Shown here: one piece after another, positions 55,749 through 64,000 of the stretch
Position numbering within the stretch: the first letter of the stretch is position 1
Layout of the letters: the number at the start of each line of letters is the position of its first letter
From: an uncultured Phycisphaerales bacterium
Lineage (GTDB): Bacteria; Planctomycetota; Phycisphaerae; Tepidisphaerales; Tepidisphaeraceae
Direction: 5' to 3'
Length of the DNA: 64,000 nucleotides
Assembly: GCA_963844715.1 (NCBI GenBank)
Contig: CAWJPJ010000008.1
Coordinates: forward strand, 192,001 to 256,000
Made by a program: the position numbers and the translations under genes
The notes under the pieces: model-generated
Databases searched by the model: none
What the model was told of the DNA's origin: nothing
The model's input: the letters and a program-made list of their open reading frames with translations, nothing else

Positions 55749-56261
55749 TTATTCTTCGACGAGTTTGGCGACCGCGCGGGCCGTGGCCATGGGGAGAAAC
55801 AGGTGCAAGGGCTGATCGAGCATTTCGACAAATCCGTATTTGAGATAAAAGGCTTTGGCGCGGTCGTGCAGGGCGATCACATCGACCGCGTAGACGCCCA
55901 GGTTGCTTGAGGCGACGGCGGCTTTTCGCAAAGCCTCGACGAGAAGAACTTCGCCGAGTTTTTTGCCTTGATATCTTAAATCGACGGCGAGGCGGCCGAG
56001 ATGAACGGTTGGAATCGGGTACTTGGGCAGGCGTTTCTTTGCGTGTTCGGGGATGACGTCGAAGCGCACGGAGCCGGTTGAAAGGGTGAAGTATCCGGCG
56101 ATCTCAGATTGCTCGCCCTGGGTTGCGACGAAGGTTCTGCCGAGGCCGGCTTTATGGTTATTTAGCGCATGGCGTTGGAGAAAGGAATTGAGGCTGGCTT
56201 CGCCGCAATCGAACGTGCCGACGTTGTGCGCGGAGGTTAGCGGCCGGATCGACCAGGGCAC
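55749..56261 (-). CDS. GNAT toxin of the TacT/AtaT type
   Basis: FDCGEASLNSFL, IAGYFTL, LGRLAVDLRYQGKKLG, FYLKYGF. Confidence 0.92.
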   Translation of the reverse strand: MPWSIRPLTSAHNVGTFDCGEASLNSFLQRHALNNHKAGLGRTFVATQGEQSEIAGYFTLSTGSVRFDVIPEHAKKRLPKYPIPTVHLGRLAVDLRYQGKKLGEVLLVEALRKAAVASSNLGVYAVDVIALHDRAKAFYLKYGFVEMLDQPLHLFLPMATARAVAKLVEE

Positions 56262-56279
56262 CTATCGCTCCCATTTTTG

Positions 56280-56566
56280 CTATACGGCTCGCTTGCGGTG
56301 GCGTCTGGCGGCGCGCGCAAGGCGGGGTTCGGACGGGCGCCGGCGTCGAGCATGGCGAGAAAGCGATCACGATCTCGATTGGAAAGCTGTACGTGTTCGT
56401 GGCGCGAGCGATCGGCGAGAACTTTCCTGGCAGCCTCCGTCAGGGCTTCGGTTGCGAAATCCGTCAGGGAACGATTCTGAGCGACCGCAGCGCGCTCAAT
56501 TTCTGCTTTCCGGTCAGACGGAAGGCGGAATTCGATCCGGGCATCGCTATGCGGAACTGAACCCAT
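56280..56566 (-). CDS. DUF1778 RHH antitoxin (TacA/AtaR type); frameshift near 3' end
   Basis: RIEFRL..IERAA..SLTDF..LSNRDRDRFLAML..PNPALR. Confidence 0.9.
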
Positions 56567-56586
56567 GATGGCTGTCCTAATAAGGA

Positions 56587-56674
56587 ATTATATGGATCGC
56601 AGATGGTTTTCGTGCCGGCCCCTCACCCTAACCCTCTCCCCGGGTACAGGGAGAGAGGATAAGAGAGTGCGCGG
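56587..56674 (-). mobile_element. 88-bp REP/MITE-like hairpin element with TATAAT, copy 2
   Basis: 77/88 identical to 37476-37563. Confidence 0.75.
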
Positions 56675-56685
56675 ATATCATACAT

Positions 56686-56708
56686 ATTGTACGGCAAATT
56701 GCCACACA
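56686..56708 (-). promoter_or_regulatory. Palindromic operator overlapping a TACAAT -10 hexamer upstream of the TA operon
   Basis: TGTACGGCAA-A-TTGCCACACA (8/10 arm match); minus-strand TACAAT at 56691-56686. Confidence 0.6.
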
Positions 56709-56792
56709 GAGTTTATTTAAAATTGCGCGACTATGCAAAACAAGGGCGGCCAGGTGGTCGCCCTGTCGTGCTATTGGATTAAACCGAACCGC

Positions 56793-59524
56793 TTATCTTC
56801 GGCCGTTGTGCTTGGCCTTGGTTTCGCCCATTAGGGCCGCGTGGGCGGCGGCTAGTCTGGCGATGGGGACTCGGTAGGGGGAGCAACTGACGTAGTCGAG
56901 GCCGACTTCGTGGCAGAAGTGGACGCTGCGCGGGTCGCCGCCGTGTTCGCCGCAGATGCCGCACTTGAGATCGGCGCGGGTGGCGCGGCCTTTTTGGACG
57001 GCCATGCGGACGAGTTGTCCTACGCCGCTGACATCGAGGCTTTGGAACGGGTCGCGCTCGAGGATTTCCTTGGAGAGGTAATCGGGGAGGAAGCTGTTGA
57101 TGTCGTCGCGGCTGAAGCCGAAGGTCATCTGGGTGAGGTCGTTGGTGCCGAAGCTGAAGAACTCGGCGGTTTGGGCCATTTCGTCGGCGGTGACGGCGGC
57201 GCGCGGGACCTCGATCATCGTGCCGTACAGGTACGGGACCTTGATGCCGGTCTCTTGCATGACGGCGGCGGCGGTTTCGGCGGTGATCTTCTTGCAGAAG
57301 TCGAGTTCTTTTTTGGTTCCGGCGAGGGGAATCATGATTTCGGGGAGAACCTTGGTGCCGGATTGCTTTACCTGGCAGGCGGCTTCGATGATGGCTCGGA
57401 CCTGCATTTCGAGGATTTCTGGATAGGTGATGGCGAGGCGGTCGCCGCGGTGGCCGAGCATGGGATTGGCCTCATGCAATTGGCTGACGCGGGTCTGGAC
57501 CTGCTGGAGGGTCAGGCCGAGGGAATCGGCGAGGCGCTGTTGCTCTTTTTCTTCGTGGGGGAGGAACTCATGCAGCGGCGGGTCCAAGAGGCGGATGGTG
57601 ACGGGCAAGCCGTGCATGGCCTGGAAGATTCCGACGAAGTCTTCGCGCTGATAGGGGAGCAGTTTCGCCAGCGCGATTTTGCGGGCGTCGACGGTGGTGG
57701 CGAGGATCATTTCGCGCATGTGATGGATGCGCTCCGGATCGAAGAACATGTGCTCGGTTCGGCACAGGCCGATGCCCTGGGCGCCGAAGTCGCGGGCGAT
57801 TTGGGCGTCGTTGGGGGTGTCGGCGTTGGTGCGGACGAGCAGTCGGCGATATTTGTCGGCCCATTTCATGATGATTGCGAAGGGGCCGCTCATCTGAGGA
57901 TCGACCGTGGGCATTTGGCCTTCGATGACTTCGCCGGTGGTTCCGTCGAGGGAGATGAAATCATTGGGGCCGTAGGTTTTTCCGGCGACGGTGAAGGTGC
58001 GGCCTTTGTCGTCGATGTGGATGGCGCCGGCGCCGGCGACGCAGCATTTTCCCCAGCCGCGGGCGACGACCGCCGCGTGGCTGGTCATGCCGCCGGTGCT
58101 GGTGAGAATTCCGACGGCGCTGTGCATGCCTTGCACGTCTTCGGGGCTGGTCTCCTTGCGGACGAGGAGGACGGCTTCGCCGGCTTGCGTGCGCTCGTGG
58201 GCTTCATTGGCGGTGAAGGCGGGTTTGCCTACGGCCGCGCCGGAGAGGCGGGCAAGTCCCTTGGCGATGACCATCCGCTCGGCGTTGGGATCAAACATGG
58301 GGTGCAGAAGCTGATCGAGACTGGCCGGATCGACTGCGCAGGACGGCGGTTTTTTCGTCGATCAATTTTTCCTTGACCATATCGACGGCGATCTTCACCG
58401 CGGCCACGGCATTGCGCTTGCCTGTGCGGGTCTGGAGCATGTAGAGCTTGCCTTTTTCGATGGTGAACTCGAAATCCTGCACGTCGCTGATAGCGCGTTT
58501 CGAGGGTGTCCTTGATCTTCAGCAATTCGCCCCAGCTTTTCTTGCTCCACTGGGTGCCCATTTCCTGGCAGTCGATGGGGGTGCGGATGCCGGCGACGAC
58601 GTCTTCGCCCTGGGCGTTGACGAGAAATTCGCCGAAGAATTTATTTTCGCCGGTGCTGGGATTGCGGGTGAAGGCGACGCCGGTGGCGCAGTCGTCGCCC
58701 ATGTTTCCGAAGACCATGGACTGGACGTTGACGGCGGTGCCGAGCAGGCCGTGGACGTCGTTGATCTGGCGGTACTTGATGGCCCGGTCGCCCATCCAGC
58801 TTCCGAAGACGGCCTTGATGGCGCCTTCGAGCTGATCCATGGGGTCCTGGGGGAAATCCTCGCCGACGTGATCGCGATAAACCTTTTTGTAACGCTGAAC
58901 GACTTCCTTGAGGTCATCGACGTTAAGCTGCGTGTCTTCCGAGACGCCTCGGGCTTGCTTGACCTGGCTGAGTTCATGTTCGAAATGTTCGTGATCGACG
59001 CCCATGACGGTGTCGCCGTACATGTTGATGAGCCGGCGATAGCTGTCGTAGGCGAAGCGCGGATTGTTGGTGAGATGCGCCATGCCTTCGACGACCTTGT
59101 CGTTCATGCCGATGTTGAGGACGGTGTCCATCATGCCGGGCATGGAGACTTTCGCGCCGGATCGGCCGGCGACGAGCAGTGGGTTCTTCGGATCGCCGAA
59201 TTTTTTTCCGGTGGCTTTTTCGACTCGGCACAGATGTTGTTCGACTTCCTGCATGAGGCCCTTGGGAAGTTTTTGGCCGAGGTCGTTGTAGTCCTTGCAG
59301 GTTTGGGTGGTGATGGTGAAACCGGGGGGGACGGGAAGACCCATGTTGGTCATGTCGGCGAGATTTGCGCCTTTTCCGCCGAGGAGATCTTTCATCCCCA
59401 TGTTTCCTTCAGCGCGTCCGCCACCGAAGAAATAGACGCGTTTGATTTTTTGGGAAGGTGGCGATGATTTCGCTGGGCGTTTGGAACGAGATTTGGAACG
59501 AGATTTGGTCATTAGTTTTGGCAT
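56793..59524 (-). CDS. ppdK: Pyruvate, phosphate dikinase (frameshifts ~58330 and ~58490)
   Basis: [56 protein letters not shown]. Confidence 0.97.
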
Positions 59525-59526
59525 TT

Positions 59527-61071
59527 TTAATATCTCCGTTTGGGAAGAAAAAAACTCCGCGAACGAACGAGCGCAGTATAGAAGTGGGGTTTATCAGTGT
59601 CAATTTTGCAAAGGGCGAGAGCGCTGTTTTCCAGCGATTTTGTGGGGGTTTTGGGCGATATCAGGGAATGGGCGGCGGGGGGGTTGTTTCCAGGAGCGGG
59701 GCGCGCTTGTGAGACTGATTCTCGACGCAGAACGCGAAGGGTATACCAGGGGAGCCAGATCGCGCATCGCCCCGTCACGGCGACGATCGTTCCAAAGACA
59801 ATTCCTGGGAGTCCCAATTTTCCATATCGGACAAAACAATAACTTAATATGACATTGGCGATGCCGCCGACGAGAACGGAGGCGGTGAAGACGCGCACTT
59901 TTCCAATCGCCAGGAGAATGGATCGACCGACGGCGCTGGTGCCGCCGATGACGGTATGGACGAGAACGAATGGAAGAATGGCGCAAGTGGCGGGGAGCGG
60001 GCCGCCGAGCCATTGCGTGAACAGGAACGGCGCGGCCAGCCACATGATGGGTGCGGCGACGAGAAGGAGGACGGCGGTGGCGAGGGTTCCGCGGACATAA
60101 TAGCGGCGGACGGTTGCGATGTTGCCCGCCGCGTGAGCCAGGGCGGTGCGCGGGAGGAGGACGGATGCGAGGGCGGAGACGAGGAGGAGCATTCCGCCGT
60201 CGATCTGGACGGCGGGGGTGTAGTCGCCGACGGTTTGCCAGCCGATCAGGCGGGTGATCAGAATGTTATTGGTTGGGGCGTAGAGATAATCGGCCATCTG
60301 CGCGGCCACGACCATGCCTCCGAAGGTGAGCAATCTCCAGGCGAGATTCGCCTTGACGCGGGTCCACCAGCGATCGAATACGCCGCTGCCATACCGATGG
60401 GAGAAGACGGACCGCAAAGTCAGCAGGAGGATTGACCCGGCAACGAGGGCGAACCCCGTCGCGCGCTGCCAGGGCAAATGCAAAACCCGGATATCGAAGG
60501 CTGTGCCGGCCGTCCAGACCACTTCGTGGAGGGTGAGGAGCAGATTGTCGACGAAGATTTTTCCGCAGGTTTGCAGGGCGGCGCCGGGGGCGTCGCTGGC
60601 CATTCGAAAGAGGGTTCCCATACCGACGAGGAACATCAGCTCGACAGCGACGCCACCGCTTTCCACGTTGGTGTGCGAGGATCTGAAACTGGCGAGGAAA
60701 ATGACCAGGAAGATCGCTCCGCAGAGGGAGGTGAGCATCGCCATGGCAAAACCGCTGGCGTAAACCGCCTGCACGGCGGGGGTGCGAATGGCGCGAAGGA
60801 GATGATCGTCATGGGGGAGGGATGTGTCGTGCAGAAGGTCGCCGGTGGAGTGCATGGCTTCGGCGGTCATGCGGATGATCGCGGGGCTGAGGCCGATGGC
60901 GGCGTATTCGAGAATTCCGACGGTGGATTGGACGAGCCCAAGTAAGGCGAAGGCGGTTTTTCCGGCGACGCGATAGACGATGGCGGTCACCACAATCCAC
61001 GCGAAGACGCGTGTGAGGGTGACGACGTAAGCGGAGATGATGTCGCGTCGAAGCGTGGAGGCGGTTGCCAC
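59527..61071 (-). CDS. Polysaccharide flippase (Wzx/MOP family)
   Basis: About 12 TM segments with MOP-like pattern (GLSPAIIR, NILITRLIG..VGDY). Confidence 0.78.
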   Translation of the reverse strand: MATASTLRRDIISAYVVTLTRVFAWIVVTAIVYRVAGKTAFALLGLVQSTVGILEYAAIGLSPAIIRMTAEAMHSTGDLLHDTSLPHDDHLLRAIRTPAVQAVYASGFAMAMLTSLCGAIFLVIFLASFRSSHTNVESGGVAVELMFLVGMGTLFRMASDAPGAALQTCGKIFVDNLLLTLHEVVWTAGTAFDIRVLHLPWQRATGFALVAGSILLLTLRSVFSHRYGSGVFDRWWTRVKANLAWRLLTFGGMVVAAQMADYLYAPTNNILITRLIGWQTVGDYTPAVQIDGGMLLLVSALASVLLPRTALAHAAGNIATVRRYYVRGTLATAVLLLVAAPIMWLAAPFLFTQWLGGPLPATCAILPFVLVHTVIGGTSAVGRSILLAIGKVRVFTASVLVGGIANVILSYCFVRYGKLGLPGIVFGTIVAVTGRCAIWLPWYTLRVLRRESVSQARPAPGNNPPAAHSLISPKTPTKSLENSALALCKIDTDKPHFYTALVRSRSFFLPKRRY

Positions 61072-61092
61072 AGGGCGGGATACTATAGCGGT

Positions 61093-62516
61093 TCAGGCGG
61101 CGATAGGCATGGGCGCCGCGCCGCGAACGGCGGCGGTGAGATCGCCGGCCCGCAGCGGGCGGGTGGCCCGGCGAATCAGCAGGGCGGCGGCGAGCGCCAC
61201 GAGGGGCACGATCGGCTGGACGCGCGTATGTCCGCCGATCAGGGCGCCGAATTCGAGCATCACGAACAGAAAGATCGCCAGGCGCGGCATCCAGCGGTCT
61301 TCCCAGGGAAGCTCGTCAAATCTAACGCTGCCGGTTCGGATGCGGTCGGCCGCGTAGAGCACCGCGCCGACGCTGATTAGAAGGAGATCGTAATCAAAAT
61401 AAAACGGCATCAGGAGGGGCATCGAAACGATGGTCGCGGCGATGAGGCGATCCGTGCGCGCGGCCGATCGGGGTTGCTTGAGCGTGTAGGCGATCGCGGC
61501 GAGGAGGGCGCCGGCGAATACGGCCTCGCAAATGCCCCAGAGGACCAGAACGATGGGGGCAGTCGGTCCTTCAGCGTGGCCCTGGAACAGAAGCCGCCAG
61601 AATCCCTTGAAGGTGATGTGGCGTCCCCACATGTAATGATTCTCTTCGAGCATCCAATGAAGATTTAGGGGCATGTGATAGGCGAACTCGCGCAAGGTGC
61701 CGGGTAATGTCAGGACGTTGACGATGACCAGCGCGGTCCCGACCAGCGTGACGCCCAGAATCGCGCGGCGGCCCTGGGAGACGCAAAGCACCAATGCGAC
61801 GATCGCGCCCAGTTGCGGCTTATAGAAAAGCAGGCCGCAAACGACTCCGGCCAGAAACGACTCGCGCGCCCGCCAGAGGGTGACCACGACGGTCAGCAGG
61901 AACAATGAGAAAAATGTGTTTTGTCCGTGGCTGAAGGCCTGGAAAAACGGCAGGGTCGTCGTCATCAGGAGGGGAATGAGCGCCTTGTTCTTCCATCCGC
62001 CGGGCAACATTCGCATCAGTAATATGATTGAGCCGGCCAGGCAGAGGCCTCCGAAGCACCACCAGGTCAGAGCGCCTTCGGATAAGGGAGCGCCGCGAAG
62101 GGCGCGAACAGCCAAGCCGCGAAGGGGGGGTTCCACCACGGGCCGAAGGAATCGCCCAATTCCAGATTCGCGCCGAGTCCGGTCGTGCGTTCAAATTTTT
62201 TGGTGTATTCAAGATCGTAAAGGCGCTCGTAATGCCCGGTCCGGGCGCAGGTGCCGGCGAAATAAAAGGCGAGGAAATCGTGGCCAAGCATGCGGCGGGT
62301 GACCGCCTTGTTCTCGGGGACGAAGAAGTTGCCAATGACGAAGGTCAACGCCGCCATGAAGATCAGTCCGCCGGCTTTCCAGAATGTTTTGCGAGTCGGG
62401 GGAGTGGAGATTCGGCGCCAGATGCGGGCTCTCAAACTTGGTTTGGGCGGCGCCCCTTCGGGCGGCCGCGCTGGGGCGGAATGGGGCTCGTCGTGGCCGG
62501 CGTAGGCAACTTCCAT
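61093..62516 (-). CDS. GT87/DUF2029 membrane glycosyltransferase (frameshift ~62100)
   Basis: GHDFLAFYFAG, WNPPF, HGQNT, YKPQL, PFYFDYD. Confidence 0.85.
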
Positions 62517-62583
62517 GGGCACAAGAGATATCGGCCCGAATCGGCAGCGCACTTGCCACGGCGACAAAACGCGAGATTGCCCC

Positions 62584-62933
62584 TTATCGGACGGGTGATT
62601 CCTGCGCGGTTGGTTTCGCGGCAGGCTCGAGCGCGGCGGCAATATCGGCGATGCGGATCGGCCATTTTCGCGGGTGAGGCTCGACCACGGTCAGGACCTG
62701 CTCCATGGTGTGCACGGCGTCGGAAAGATGATTTCGCTCGGATTGCAGGCGCACCGCCTGGGCGGCATCGTCGTACAGGCGAACGAGAGCGCTCGCCGGC
62801 GCAGGAGGCGGGCGAGCAGTCCGATATCGCCATCGGCGGCATCAACGACCGAATAACCAGCCGATCCGAGATGTCCACCCAGTAAATTCAGTTGCAGTGA
62901 ATCATCATCGACGAGAAGCACTTGCGATGACAT
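62584..62933 (-). pseudogene. Internally deleted response-regulator receiver remnant
   Basis: VLLVDDD..GYSVVDAADG runs directly into LLARL..AGER..VRLY, skipping the receiver core. Confidence 0.5.
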
Positions 62934-62971
62934 GGGTTCCGGGACGGCGTTATAGCCCGAAGATCGTTAGA

Positions 62972-63070
62972 AATGGGGTGCACCTTTAACATGGCTAGCT
63001 ATCTGATTTTCAACTGTTAATTCACTTGCGATAGTGCGACAGCTAATCGCGAGCTAATGGGGTGCACCTT
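62972..63070. promoter_or_regulatory. Two identical 15-bp sites 84 bp apart in a divergent intergenic region
   Basis: AATGGGGTGCACCTT at 62972-62986 and 63056-63070. Confidence 0.6.
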
Positions 63071-63391
63071 ATTAATGATTAGTATGCAAACAATAACCTA
63101 ACGCCAGGGCGGGGAGTGGCAAAAGAGCGCGAAGCGACGGGGGATTATCGGCCCCGTATGACGCAATGGGCCACCGCAATTTGCGACCTTGCATCCTTAT
63201 CCACAGATTGAGGCGGGCCGATACAGAACTAGTCGTCATTGCCGGAATATCCCGCACGATGCGACTGTTGGAGGGTTTTTGCAGGCGGCGCGGCGCGTGC
63301 TCTGGGGAAACAACGTCCCCGGGCTTGAGCCGCGCTGGCGGGAATTTTCTGCCAAGGGTTGATTGCCAGAGGTGCAAAGCTCCGGTGTGGA

Positions 63392-63952
63392 ATGAATAGG
63401 TCGCTCGTAGGGAAATTCATGCAATTCGCATGGATCGCTCTGGCCGTCGTGCTGGGCGCCAGCCGGAGTCTGCGCACCGACGAGCCGAGCCGCGAATATC
63501 AAGTCAAGGCCGCTTTTGTCTACAACTTCGCACTTTTCACGGAATGGCCGGACCGTGCGTTCACGGACAAGGACAGTCCGTTCGTGGTCGCCGTGATCGG
63601 AGCCGATCCATTCGGGAGTTTCCTTCAGCAGACTCTTCAGAACAAGACGATTGCGGGGCGGCCCGTTATTTTGCGACACTTCGATTCACCGGATCAGATC
63701 ACCGGGTGTCAACTCTTGTTCGTGCCCGCGGCGGAGGACGATCATTTGGATGACATATTCAAACAGGTCGCCGATCAACCGATATTGACGATTGGGGAGA
63801 CCGACAAATTTCTGGACGCGGGCGGAACGATTCGGTTTCTGCTCGAGGACGGAAAGATTCGATTCGAGATCAGCCCGGACTCGGCGGCCAGAGCGGGTCT
63901 GCGGATCAGTTCGAAACTGTTGAGCCTGGCGAAGATTTACCAGAAGCAATAG
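63392..63952 (+). CDS. YfiR/DUF4154 family periplasmic protein
   Basis: EYQVKAAFVYNFALFTEWP, CQLLFV, ILTIGE, GGTIRF, IRFEI, LRISSKLLSLA. Confidence 0.92.
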   Translation: MNRSLVGKFMQFAWIALAVVLGASRSLRTDEPSREYQVKAAFVYNFALFTEWPDRAFTDKDSPFVVAVIGADPFGSFLQQTLQNKTIAGRPVILRHFDSPDQITGCQLLFVPAAEDDHLDDIFKQVADQPILTIGETDKFLDAGGTIRFLLEDGKIRFEISPDSAARAGLRISSKLLSLAKIYQKQ

Positions 63953-64000
63953 CAGCCGATTGGTTTGGCGGCCGGAAAAAGCAAAGTATTTATTATGCGT

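Noticed and set aside
56910..58376. Long antisense ORFs (also 27275-28597, 23454-24731, 40505-41251)
   Set aside because: Shadow ORFs of well-identified genes in high-GC DNA
63072..63390. c-di-GMP riboswitch upstream of YfiR
   Set aside because: GCAAAC and GCAAAG fragments occur but not in the GEMM spacing or stem arrangement
1..64000. Mass pseudogenisation or programmed frameshifting
   Set aside because: Isolated indels hit housekeeping genes (sdhA, ppdK) with otherwise intact motifs, consistent with long-read error

Overview
GC-rich bacterial chromosomal DNA, most likely Planctomycetota (Phycisphaerae/Tepidisphaerales-like), inferred from a PEP-CTERM protein, CxxCGYxLxGL..CPECG zinc-ribbon membrane proteins, 'TQP' linker motifs and FHA/Ser-Thr kinase richness. 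Roughly 40 isolated frameshifts, including in sdhA and ppdK, look like long-read indel errors, so genes were reconstructed across frames and joined coordinates are approximate. Gene content: FHA-ABC exporter, ORF6N gene, two low-GC HEPN-like islets, a six-gene TPR-glycosyltransferase operon, a TIR-TM-Sel1 protein, a ~1770-aa double-FHA membrane protein beside an FHA-kinase, a PEP-CTERM pectinesterase, SPFH operon, DegT, MsbA-like ABC, truA, DEAD-box helicase, sdhCA (no sdhB), HDAC, GNAT/DUF1778 toxin-antitoxin pair, ppdK, flippase and YfiR. No rRNA, tRNA, CRISPR, integrase or reverse transcriptase was seen. The most unusual signals are non-coding: (1) the ORF6N gene is bracketed by a synonymously recoded 78-bp duplicate of the host gene's 3' end and followed by a palindrome that encodes ORF6N's own variable motif on both strands; (2) an 88-bp hairpin element carrying TATAAT sits 20 bp upstream of antitoxin-type genes at two loci; (3) GC skew flips at an AT-rich repeat-bearing spacer near 4.3-4.9 kb.
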